Origin: a virus
Lineage: Duplodnaviria > Caudoviricetes
Direction: 5' to 3' (one strand)
Length of the DNA: 64,000 bases
IMG/VR virus record: IMGVR_UViG_3300037418_002142
Coordinates: 4,183-68,182 of that record
Shown here: piece after piece, positions 20,573-29,044 of the stretch
Position numbering within the stretch: position 1 is the first letter of the stretch
How the letters are laid out: each line of letters starts with the position of its first letter
Translations under genes and position numbers: made by a program
Notes under the pieces: generated by a model
Databases searched by the model: none
What the model saw: the letters and a program-made list of their open reading frames with translations, nothing else
What the model was told of the DNA's origin: nothing

Positions 20573-21369
20573 TCGCAAGAAAAACAGCAGCCGACTGGGC
20601 GCTGGCGCTGCTGACGCTCTACGCCGAGGACGCGTTCCAGAACGCCAACGGCGGTCCGGTGCTGCCGGACCCACGGCTATCTCCTCGGTGGTCTGTGGAA
20701 GGAGTGTTGACCGGTGTGGATGCGCTCTGCCGTTTCGGCAAGCGTAAGCTGTGGGCCAACCGAGTATTCTACGGATGGAAGTTGCGTTCGAAGACTGGTC
20801 AGTGCGTACTCGTGATACGAGGAACGCAGCGCCCCATCGAGTGGGTTATTGACGGGCTGTTTGCGCCTCGCACGGCGCACCCAGTAAAGGGTCGAGTGGA
20901 ATCGGGGTTTTGGAGTGTTGCCGAATCGTTATTGTTAGACGGCACGCCGCTCGATAGCGCGGCGAAGGATGTAGACATTGTCGTGGGGCATTCGCTAGGG
21001 GCGGCGGTGGCCACCTACGTTAGCCTTGCGCTTACACAAGCCGGCGCCAAGGTGCGCGGCGTGTTCGTGGCGTCGCCACACCCTGGCGATGTCGAATTCA
21101 GCAAGGCGTTCGGCGCCGCCGTGCCGCACGTCATGTACCGTAACGCCGGTGACATAGTGCCGCGAGTGCCGTTCTGGTTCGGCTATTCGCATGTTCCGAA
21201 TGTCATGACACTGTCACCATCTGTAACTGGGGTTATTATTACCGGCGGACTGGGCGCGCAGCATCACGCGCTTACATACGCGACGCTCATGAGTCGCATG
21301 GCTTACAAGACTTTCAAGCCGTTACCGTGCGACAAGCGATTCGTAGATTGCATCCAATTCGACAAGTGA
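20569..21369 (+). CDS. Class 3 lipase (alpha/beta hydrolase)
   Basis: VIRGT...EW, VGHSLGAA nucleophile elbow, SPHPGD, N..DIVPRVP, C-terminal His. Confidence 0.88.
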   Translation: MIARKTAADWALALLTLYAEDAFQNANGGPVLPDPRLSPRWSVEGVLTGVDALCRFGKRKLWANRVFYGWKLRSKTGQCVLVIRGTQRPIEWVIDGLFAPRTAHPVKGRVESGFWSVAESLLLDGTPLDSAAKDVDIVVGHSLGAAVATYVSLALTQAGAKVRGVFVASPHPGDVEFSKAFGAAVPHVMYRNAGDIVPRVPFWFGYSHVPNVMTLSPSVTGVIITGGLGAQHHALTYATLMSRMAYKTFKPLPCDKRFVDCIQFDK

Positions 21370-21379
21370 GGAATTAGAA

Positions 21380-21628
21380 ATGAGCGAGCGAGTCAATCTT
21401 ACTGGCGATGGCGCGTGGCACAACGTTGGCACCGGCCCAGCTACTGTGGAAAACCTTACTGACGGCGTGTCAGTCATGGTCGTGTGCAATACCACGCAGC
21501 CCACGGGCAGCGATGGTCTCGTGCTCACGGGGCAGGGCGCCAATCACACGTTTCAGCTTACGCAGACCATATGGGCGCAAGTGATTCAGAGCGGCGCGGC
21601 TGCGGTCGTGGCGGTTCAGCCTGAGTAA
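21380..21628 (+). CDS. Hypothetical small beta-rich protein
   Basis: GAGG RBS; compact ORF. Confidence 0.55.
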   Translation: MSERVNLTGDGAWHNVGTGPATVENLTDGVSVMVVCNTTQPTGSDGLVLTGQGANHTFQLTQTIWAQVIQSGAAAVVAVQPE

Positions 21629-21634
21629 CATCAC

Positions 21635-23392
21635 ATGATGAAGAAACTTCTATCAATCGCGCTACTGGCGACACTCGTTTCTGGGTGCGCCGTGCTGCGC
21701 CCCAGCGGCGGGTTTACCGCCGACAGCGGCCCCGGCGCAGTGGTTTCGCATGCCAAATTTCTTTCGGCCGTTCGGCGCTATGGCATCAGCCCGCCGGCCG
21801 CGCAGCAAGTCATTTACTGCAACGTCAGCACGCTGGCCGCGTGTAACGCACTGGTGAACCCTGGCAACGGTACGCAGGGTGACGCGGCTTACGTATGGGC
21901 CGGCAAGGACAATGCCAACTTCACGCAGTTGTATGACATGTTCGGCACGAGCAGCCATCTTGCTACGAATGGCAGTGTCGTGGCCACTGACATCATCGGG
22001 CTGTGGACGGGGTGCTCAGGCAGCGCGCCGGCGCTTGGCTATCAAGGCACCTGCGTTGCCGGGGGCGGCTCTGGGATCACGCAACTCACTGGAGATATCA
22101 CTGCCGGCCCTGGCAGCGGCAGCCAAGCCGCGACGCTCGCTGCGTCGGGCGTGACTGCTGGTAGTTACACGCTCGCGAACATAACTGTAGACGCGAAGGG
22201 GCGCGTAATTGCTGCGAGCAACGGTTCAAACGGTATTCCTAGCTGCACAGTCAACCAGCTTATATATTATGCGGCCACCGGTAGCACCGTTAGTTGCTTG
22301 TCACTCGGCACTAACTTGTCAATCAGCGCCGGCACGCTCAACGCGACTGCTGGAGGTGGCGGCGTTTCTTCATTCAGCGGCGATGGCGCACTGCTCAGCA
22401 ATTCGTTGTCTACGGGTGCCGTAACGGCGACGCTAGCTGCGACCGGTGTAGGCTATGGGGTGTGGGGCAATACTGGGGCGGCCAGCGGCGCCCCCGGCTA
22501 TCACGCGCTTTCGGCCTACCCGGCCGCAGCGTTTCCAGTATTCGGAGCTGCGAACGGTGGAACCGGCTCCGCGACAGTGCCAACTTCTGGGCAATTCCCA
22601 GTAGGTAACTCTGGCGGTACAGCTTACGCGCCGCAAAACATGAGCGGCGATTGTTTATTGGCTAGCACGGGTGCAATCACCTGCACGAAGACGAGCGGGA
22701 CAGCCTTTGGCACGTTCGCAACCGCGAACGCAGCTACCCCTCCAACTATAGGTGGCACCACGCCGGCCGCGGGATCCTTTACCACGCTTTCCTCGAGCGG
22801 CGGTACGACGACCACCAAGTCCGGTGCTGCTTCGACCTCGGCGGCGCTCTATACCGGTACACCTTACACGGCGGGCACGGGTACGACGGACTACCCGCTC
22901 ATCTACATCAACGCCGGCACTGCACCGACCACGTGGAGCACGAGCGGTACTGAAGAAGGTATAAATACCGCGACAGGGTTCGTTGGCAACTTCGTAGACT
23001 ACCACGTTAACGGGGGGGCTAGCGTCTACTCCGTAAATTATCAAGGTAAAGTCACCGGTGGAACTTACAACGGTACGACTATACCGAGTTCCGCTACTCT
23101 TACTCAAACTATCGCTTCCGGCACGGCGTCGCTCGGTACTACTGCTATCTCGAGCGGCGCTTGCGCGACCGTCGTTACCGTAGCCGGAACCGGCGTAGCA
23201 ACTACGGATGTTCTTGGGTGGGGGTTCAACGCTGACCCTACGGCAACGGTTGGCTACCAGGCTAGTTCTGCAGGCATGCTGACGATCATAGCTTACCCGA
23301 CCGCCGGCAACGTGAACTTCAAGGTCTGCAACAATACTTCCGCCAGCATTACGCCAGGGGCGGTAACTTTGAATTGGCGAGTGACTCGATGA
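21635..23392 (+). CDS. Lipoprotein-signal, Gly/Thr/Ala-rich fibre-like protein
   Basis: MMKKLLSIALLATLVSGC lipobox; SGVTAGSY..ITVDAKGRV fibre-type repeat. Confidence 0.6.
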   Translation: MMKKLLSIALLATLVSGCAVLRPSGGFTADSGPGAVVSHAKFLSAVRRYGISPPAAQQVIYCNVSTLAACNALVNPGNGTQGDAAYVWAGKDNANFTQLYDMFGTSSHLATNGSVVATDIIGLWTGCSGSAPALGYQGTCVAGGGSGITQLTGDITAGPGSGSQAATLAASGVTAGSYTLANITVDAKGRVIAASNGSNGIPSCTVNQLIYYAATGSTVSCLSLGTNLSISAGTLNATAGGGGVSSFSGDGALLSNSLSTGAVTATLAATGVGYGVWGNTGAASGAPGYHALSAYPAAAFPVFGAANGGTGSATVPTSGQFPVGNSGGTAYAPQNMSGDCLLASTGAITCTKTSGTAFGTFATANAATPPTIGGTTPAAGSFTTLSSSGGTTTTKSGAASTSAALYTGTPYTAGTGTTDYPLIYINAGTAPTTWSTSGTEEGINTATGFVGNFVDYHVNGGASVYSVNYQGKVTGGTYNGTTIPSSATLTQTIASGTASLGTTAISSGACATVVTVAGTGVATTDVLGWGFNADPTATVGYQASSAGMLTIIAYPTAGNVNFKVCNNTSASITPGAVTLNWRVTR

Positions 23393-25614
23393 AGCGAATA
23401 CTTTCTGCGCTGCTGCTTTGCGTGATTTCTGGCACGGCCCTAGCCCAAATGGGCATGGGGCCGGGGCCGGGCATAGGGGCGTTCAGTGCTGGGGGCGGTG
23501 GGCCGACTCTAGTATTCAACTACTCTTCTGGGTTTACTACTGGAGGACAGTCAAGCTTCGTAGGAACGACTGACGCTTGCAGCCCGTTGTTCTCCGGCAC
23601 GCAGATGCGGGTGAATAATGGTCTTGTCGGTCAACATCAGGCTTGCGGCGCGTGGTACACGACAAAGGTTAGCGACACTTCATTCACCAGCGACTTTACG
23701 ATCCAACTTGGCGCGGAATCTATCAGCGGCGAGCAGGCGTACACTGGTGATGGTACTACGAAGACATTTAGTTCCTACTCGTTGCAGCAAGGTATCCGTC
23801 CTGGAACTTTGACGGTAACAGCCGGCAGCGTTACTGGAACGGATAACGGCGTCGGTACAACCGGAACTATCAGCGGTACCGGCATTTCCGGGACTATCGA
23901 CTACAGAAGTCTCGAGCTTGATCTTACGTTTACAACCGCGCCCGCCAACGGGACGGCGATCACGGTAGCGTATCAAGCGCCGAATTACGGTATGGGGTTC
24001 GTAGTTCAGAACGACCCGCTGGGCACCGGGGCATCTGCAGACGCCAACGGCATCGGTATTTCTTCGTACACGTTCAACAACCCTGACCCATCGATCCATG
24101 ACAGCGTAGCGCTGATGTTCAACGCTACGCCAAATAGCGTTAGCGGCGCTTACGTCGTTGGCAGAACCCCAAGTATGATTGGGTTATACGTCAACGGCGG
24201 CCCTTATGTCAACGGGGGCATCAACCCTGTACAGGACATGCTGCCGCAAGGTATCAATCTGTACAGCGGCGACCCCATAGCCGTTCACGTGGTCTACGAT
24301 GGCACTACACTAACGGCTGATCTGAACGACACTACGAGCGGCGCGCGTGCTACATTCGCGTGGCCGATAAACATACCGGCCATAACGGGCGGAAGCACGG
24401 CGTACTTCGGGTTCGGAGCTGGCTCCATTCCTGCTGGAGTAGCCGCAGTAAATGGATGGGAATTGTGGACTGGGTACAATTCCAGACTTTCTCAAGTATC
24501 TTTCAGCCCAGCTCCTGGCCATTATACGACTTCCCAGTCTGTAACTCTAAGCGGCCCTGCTGGCTCTACAATTTACTATTCCACGAATGGAAATCCGCCG
24601 ACCACAAGTTCCAGTGTTTATAGCTCTGCAATCAGTGTCACTGCAAACGAGGCCATTCAAGCAATGGCCGTCAAGTCTGGTTCAACTAACAGCTTGACCT
24701 CAATCGGAAATTACCAAATTCAGGCAAGCGCAACGCCAGTCATCAATTTTGCCAGCGGGTTTTCCGGTGCCGCCAGTTTACTTCAGACTGCTGGCATCGC
24801 CAATATTAGTGGTTCAACTTTGATCCTTACAGATGGTGGAGATTACGCGGAAATTGGATCTGCATACTACGTAACTCCGGTTACAGTATCTACATTTTCT
24901 ACTACGTTTGTGATTAACTACAACGGAGGTAGCACCGGAGCACAGGAGGGGGCTGACTTTGTGATAATGAACCCTGGAGCCAGTCAGAATTTCAACACCA
25001 GGGATTTCCAATTGATCGCAGGGCTGTCTCCCGGTGCTTTGTCTAGCTCTACTTGTCAGAATAATTGTCCGAGTCCTGATAACTGGGGCGGCGCTTCTGG
25101 AACTTACGGACTGATGTTTGATGATAGTGAGGTACGAAATAACGTCACTTTCACCAACGGTTCGCCAACAGCTTCCTGGACCCCAGGGCTTACAGGATCA
25201 GTTGGAGTTCCGCTTGCGCTTGGCCGTCCGCTAGCCAGCGCAATAGTTTCAAACGCGTATACCCTCGGGCAAGGCGGGTATAGGGTCTTCGGTTACGGTG
25301 GCATTGGCAGCAGTATTGCTGTAGAAATTGATGACTGGGATGATTCCATATGCCTGGGGTTGAATGGCAAGTATTCAAATGATTGCGTGCAGGCGTCATT
25401 CAACTTCGGCTCTAACCCGCTACAAGTAACAATCACTTACGACGGCACAACCCTCACTGCGCAAATTGAAGATACCGTTACTTTGGACACCTACAGCCGT
25501 TCGTGGGCAGAAAATATACCCTCTATCGTTGGGGCGAGCACGGCATACGTTGGCTTGACTGGATCAACTTACGGCGGGTTAGCTCCACAAAAGATCACTA
25601 GCTGGACATTCTAA
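23389..25614 (+). CDS. Secreted-type protein with L-type lectin-like and chitobiase/FN3-like domains
   Basis: MKRILSALLLCVISGTALA signal peptide; two lectin-like modules (GMGFVVQN/GADFVI, SVAL.F/SIAVE.D, VHVVYDGTTL/VTITYDGTTL, AYFGFGAG/AYVGLTGSTY); FSPAPGHYTTSQSVTL..IYYSTNG..PT chitobiase-type module. Confidence 0.75.
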   Translation: MKRILSALLLCVISGTALAQMGMGPGPGIGAFSAGGGGPTLVFNYSSGFTTGGQSSFVGTTDACSPLFSGTQMRVNNGLVGQHQACGAWYTTKVSDTSFTSDFTIQLGAESISGEQAYTGDGTTKTFSSYSLQQGIRPGTLTVTAGSVTGTDNGVGTTGTISGTGISGTIDYRSLELDLTFTTAPANGTAITVAYQAPNYGMGFVVQNDPLGTGASADANGIGISSYTFNNPDPSIHDSVALMFNATPNSVSGAYVVGRTPSMIGLYVNGGPYVNGGINPVQDMLPQGINLYSGDPIAVHVVYDGTTLTADLNDTTSGARATFAWPINIPAITGGSTAYFGFGAGSIPAGVAAVNGWELWTGYNSRLSQVSFSPAPGHYTTSQSVTLSGPAGSTIYYSTNGNPPTTSSSVYSSAISVTANEAIQAMAVKSGSTNSLTSIGNYQIQASATPVINFASGFSGAASLLQTAGIANISGSTLILTDGGDYAEIGSAYYVTPVTVSTFSTTFVINYNGGSTGAQEGADFVIMNPGASQNFNTRDFQLIAGLSPGALSSSTCQNNCPSPDNWGGASGTYGLMFDDSEVRNNVTFTNGSPTASWTPGLTGSVGVPLALGRPLASAIVSNAYTLGQGGYRVFGYGGIGSSIAVEIDDWDDSICLGLNGKYSNDCVQASFNFGSNPLQVTITYDGTTLTAQIEDTVTLDTYSRSWAENIPSIVGASTAYVGLTGSTYGGLAPQKITSWTF

Positions 25615-25675
25615 TGGGGGGTAGGCGGGCCACCGCTCTTGCCGGCGGTTTCACTGGCCCAATAAGGAGGCGGGA

Positions 25676-25703
25676 GGCTACGGCTCTTCTGTGAGCCGTA
25701 GCC
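25676..25703. terminator. Hairpin at the convergence of late and early transcription units
   Basis: 11-bp stem GGCTACGGCTC/GAGCCGTAGCC with a 6-nt loop; no clear U-tract. Confidence 0.35.
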
Positions 25704-25902
25704 CTGAACGTTCGAGGTCTCGACGAATCTTCTTGATGGCGAACACGTCACTTGGCGTGCTGCTAGTGTGCACTATGGCGCCGCCGTTGGGCGGTACCCA
25801 CTGCAAATGCCCGTGGCGTGTTTTCTTAACGACCCAGCCCTGTTCTTCAGCAAGCCGGATCAAGGGCGCCAATTCCTTTTTGGCGCCCTGCGCCGCAGAC
25901 AC
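25678..25902 (-). CDS. hicA: HicA-like mRNA interferase, no HicB partner seen
   Basis: GWVVKKTRHGH...P.G..V..S.TPSD....K.I..DL.R.G dsRBD-like pattern. Confidence 0.7.
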   Translation of the reverse strand: MSAAQGAKKELAPLIRLAEEQGWVVKKTRHGHLQWVPPNGGAIVHTSSTPSDVFAIKKIRRDLERSGLRLTEEP

Positions 25903-25904
25903 CG

Positions 25905-26423
25905 CTAGAAGCTACGACGCGCCAGTATTACGGCGCGGGCTTGACAAACGGCGTCCGACAAGGGGTCGTGCGCCATCAGGTCGTGCCATGCCGACTGTAG
26001 ATCCACATTACGCCGGCGCGCTTCGGCGTAGATCGTGCGGCAACTTCTACTTGCCTTGTAGCTGACAGGGAATGCGTCAGTCCGCATGCGCTGCCACCAA
26101 CTCCGCGTAATAACAACGTCAAAGTCGGGGTCGTTGGCCCAAAGCTCCCCATCGCAATAGTCGACCAGAAAGCCACCCAGCGTTTCAGCCGCGGCGGCTG
26201 CCGTGCAAACGCCGCTCGTCATCGTCTTGCGTGCTTCCTCCGACTGGCCCAGCCACCATGCCACGGTACCAGGGTCAATGTGGCCATGCCAGTCCGATGA
26301 TTTGATAACACATTTCGTTGAAGCGGTAATTCCTTCCTCATTGAAAGCTACGAGCCCGAACGCGGTAACGCACGCATCAGGCCGCGTGCTCAAAGTCTCG
26401 ATATCCAACATCACAGATTTCAC
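25905..26423 (-). CDS. 3'-5' exonuclease (DEDD, Rv2179c/DUF5051-like)
   Basis: MLDIETLST, TV.WW..Q, W.N...FD, R..RT and H..L.DA..QA motifs. Confidence 0.85.
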   Translation of the reverse strand: MKSVMLDIETLSTRPDACVTAFGLVAFNEEGITASTKCVIKSSDWHGHIDPGTVAWWLGQSEEARKTMTSGVCTAAAAAETLGGFLVDYCDGELWANDPDFDVVITRSWWQRMRTDAFPVSYKASRSCRTIYAEARRRNVDLQSAWHDLMAHDPLSDAVCQARAVILARRSF

Positions 26424-26688
26424 AGTGCGAAACCCCTTTGGTCAGTTTGTGAGCAGCCGGGCGCCTTAGCACATAATGCTAAGGTACCGCAAGCTGTTTA
26501 TGTATACAGTAGCGGCCCCTGGCCGCCCGGCCCGGCGCCGCTGCACCCCTGGCCTACCCTTGGCACGGCCCCGCCAGCCCATGCGGGGCGCCAGCGCTGG
26601 GCTGGGCACCGCGTAAGCCGCTGGGTACCAGAGGGGGGCGGGCGCCGGGGCGTAGCGGGCCGCTACAGCCACGGGCCGCCAAGCCGGC

Positions 26689-26919
26689 TTAGGCGGGGGC
26701 TAGGCCATGCCACGGGGCGGCCCGGCTAGGGGTGCGCCAATGGCCACGGGCGCCACGGCGCCAGCCCCGTGCCTCCATCTCAGCCACCGTTAGGCAATGC
26801 CGATCATCGGTGCCGGGTCGTCCGGTGCGGTGTTTGTCGAACGCGTATGTCGAGTTGAAGTACTCCTTGCATGTTGGGCACTGGCAGCGATCGCCGGACA
26901 ACTTAAGAGTGGCCGTCAC
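26689..26919 (-). CDS. FDxHR zinc-binding protein
   Basis: CQCPTC...F....AFDKHR....HC motif. Confidence 0.75.
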   Translation of the reverse strand: MTATLKLSGDRCQCPTCKEYFNSTYAFDKHRTGRPGTDDRHCLTVAEMEARGWRRGARGHWRTPSRAAPWHGLAPA

Positions 26920-27509
26920 TTCGCGGCCTCCGACATGCCGTCCAGCCGCAACGGCGCTTGGTTACCCCCTTCGCTGATGAACGACACCATGCCAACGCCT
27001 ATCTCGCCATCGTCGTAGCGCTTTACGCGCACTACTAGTCGATGCCATTCACCGTCCTGGTACGGCAAGCGTTTCAGCGTCGGCAGCAGGGATGGCCCCA
27101 CTTCGGCCATCGTGGTCATGGGCGGCATTGTCGCGTCGCTGTCCGACGCCTCGGCACCCGTTGGATCAAACTCCTTCTTGTTGAACTTCTCTACGGCATC
27201 CATCAGTAACGCGCGCACCATGGCCGGCTTGCCGTCCTTCAGCAGCTTCTGTAGTTCGACGTACTTCTGAAGTACATGTACCGCCTTCTCCAGATCCTGG
27301 ATGCCTGCCTTGTCCTTCCAGCGCATAACATAGCGCAGCACTTGCGCCTGAAAATAATCCAAATCTAGCAGCGCTACAATATCCCAATGCTCGATTGCCA
27401 TTCCTTTGTAGTGTTTCCCACCGACCTGCCGGCTATTCGCGCTCGTGCTCACTGAAGCTACCATGTGTGACCTCTGCCCCGTATTCGCCATCGTACTGTT
27501 TCTGTTCAA
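26916..27509 (-). CDS. DUF3310/SaV-like protein (predicted nucleotide kinase family)
   Basis: QVGGKHYK..IEHWD...RY..R...K.GIQDLEKA...L motif; start codon uncertain. Confidence 0.8.
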   Translation of the reverse strand: MNRNSTMANTGQRSHMVASVSTSANSRQVGGKHYKGMAIEHWDIVALLDLDYFQAQVLRYVMRWKDKAGIQDLEKAVHVLQKYVELQKLLKDGKPAMVRALLMDAVEKFNKKEFDPTGAEASDSDATMPPMTTMAEVGPSLLPTLKRLPYQDGEWHRLVVRVKRYDDGEIGVGMVSFISEGGNQAPLRLDGMSEAAK

Positions 27510-28002
27510 GTGTCGTCTTGACCAAGTCGTATAATTCCAATGCCGCAGGCGTCACGTCCGTAAGCCCACGGCTCGCTATTCCCTTCAGCGCATTTCGCGC
27601 CATGCTGGCCATATGCCGATTGCCGCTATCGCACTCTTCGATGGCGAACAGCGCCAGTTCCATGTAATCGCAGTATTTCAGTACTCCCTTTTCGATCGCC
27701 GTAATGTGCACCTCCAACTCGTACTCGTCGCGCACGCTGGCCTCCACCCCGCGCAGCGCTTCCTCCAACAGTTTGAACCGATGCTTGGTTGGCGCCGGCA
27801 CGTCGCCAGTCACGGCCTCCGGCACGTCGTGAAACAGCGCTGCCTCCCACAAGCGGGCCGAGGCCTCGGGGTATACGGTGCGCAGCACGGCCAGCACGCC
27901 AAACGTATGTTCCCCAACAGTTTGCGGATGCTGCGACCGTGCGTTGTGGCAGCGCAGCACGCGAGCCGCGTTGCGCAACAACTTAAGGCGTTTGTAGTTC
28001 AC
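27433..28002 (-). CDS. HD-domain 5'-deoxynucleotidase (YfbR-like)
   Basis: R.H......QTVGEHTFGV, AALFHDVPEAVTGDVPAP.K, K.CD.MEL motifs; probable GTG start at 28002. Confidence 0.85.
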   Translation of the reverse strand: MNYKRLKLLRNAARVLRCHNARSQHPQTVGEHTFGVLAVLRTVYPEASARLWEAALFHDVPEAVTGDVPAPTKHRFKLLEEALRGVEASVRDEYELEVHITAIEKGVLKYCDYMELALFAIEECDSGNRHMASMARNALKGIASRGLTDVTPAALELYDLVKTTLEQKQYDGEYGAEVTHGSFSEHERE

Positions 28003-29044
28003 GCCGTCGCTCCAGCCATTGCATCGCAGCCAACTTCCAGTCCGATGCCTCGCACGCCAGCAGCTCTTCCTGCGCCGCATTGATGCGCTCGTTGCGGGTG
28101 TTCCATACAGTGCCTACGTTCTTCCAGTGCCGCCACGCTTTCCACAGCGGCAGCGCCACGTCGCGCAGGTACGGCACGTTAAGGCGCAGAGTTATTGGCT
28201 TGCTCTCGCTCGTCATGTCGATGCGCGCGCACGACATGAAGCACGTCAGCTCGTTCAGCCATGCTTGCGGCGAGCTGTCCCACCCTGTCCACAATGGGTA
28301 CGGCCTTACACAGTGCGTGCGATACGGGTCGAAATCGACGTTCGCTTCTTGCAGCCGCTTCCATACCTTGCCGCTCTCGTCGTCCAGATACAAGTGCAGG
28401 CTGTCGCTGAACTGGCGGTACACGCCGACCTCCGCCCCCACCGCGCCGGCCACCCATTCCTGCAGAGTGCTGAACTGTACGGCGTTGGCGCCATACGCAC
28501 CCCACACGGCGTCGTTACTCCGGCACAGCACGCTCATGTTCAGCTTGCCGTCGCGCATCTTCAGGAAGATCAGATCGTTGCACGGCATGTCCCTGGTCTT
28601 GGTGCCAAGATCGCTCAAGCAGTCCCATATCTGCAGGACTACCTGCCGCGTGGCGGGCTCGTGCCGCAGCATGCTGACCGATTTCAGCAACTGATCCATT
28701 GCGAAGAATTTGCGCAGTCGGTACCCATACGGAGCATGAAATCGTTCGCCGTCATCGCTGTATTTCGCGATGTTGCCGTTGAAGAATTTTAGGAACGCCA
28801 CGTCGTCATCGCCGTTCAGAATCCACAACGCTTCGAAGAAGTGGAAGAACGGGTTGGCGTCGCGCGTCGAATCGAACAGCACGCGCTGTACCGGCTTGCG
28901 GTAGTCCGTTATCAGCGGCCCATCGTGTTCCAGCGTGGGCATGCCGCGCGGGCTTACGTTGGGCCAGTATTGCCAGCCGCTGTGGCGTATCAGCCACCAC
29001 AACGCTTCGTTAACATCCTCGACCTGAATAACTCTTGCCGTCAT
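27983..29044 (-). CDS. Thymidylate synthase-fold enzyme, probable dUMP hydroxymethylase
   Basis: RDANPFFHF.EALW.L.G, PYGYRLR, TRQVVLQIWD, DMPCN (catalytic Cys), RSNDAVWGAYGANAVQFS (Asn at the dU-specificity position), SLHLY. Confidence 0.88.
   Translation of the reverse strand: MTARVIQVEDVNEALWWLIRHSGWQYWPNVSPRGMPTLEHDGPLITDYRKPVQRVLFDSTRDANPFFHFFEALWILNGDDDVAFLKFFNGNIAKYSDDGERFHAPYGYRLRKFFAMDQLLKSVSMLRHEPATRQVVLQIWDCLSDLGTKTRDMPCNDLIFLKMRDGKLNMSVLCRSNDAVWGAYGANAVQFSTLQEWVAGAVGAEVGVYRQFSDSLHLYLDDESGKVWKRLQEANVDFDPYRTHCVRPYPLWTGWDSSPQAWLNELTCFMSCARIDMTSESKPITLRLNVPYLRDVALPLWKAWRHWKNVGTVWNTRNERINAAQEELLACEASDWKLAAMQWLERRRELQTP

Noticed and set aside
27983-29044. dCMP hydroxymethylase (T4 gp42-like), which a BGT-like neighbour would suggest, or an ordinary thymidylate synthase
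   Set aside because: The specificity position after RSND reads GAYGAN (Asn, dU-type) rather than Asp. The RDANPFFH/WGAYGANAVQFS signature and the linked aGPT-Pplase1 gene fit hmU phages. Plain TS activity cannot be fully excluded without an assay.
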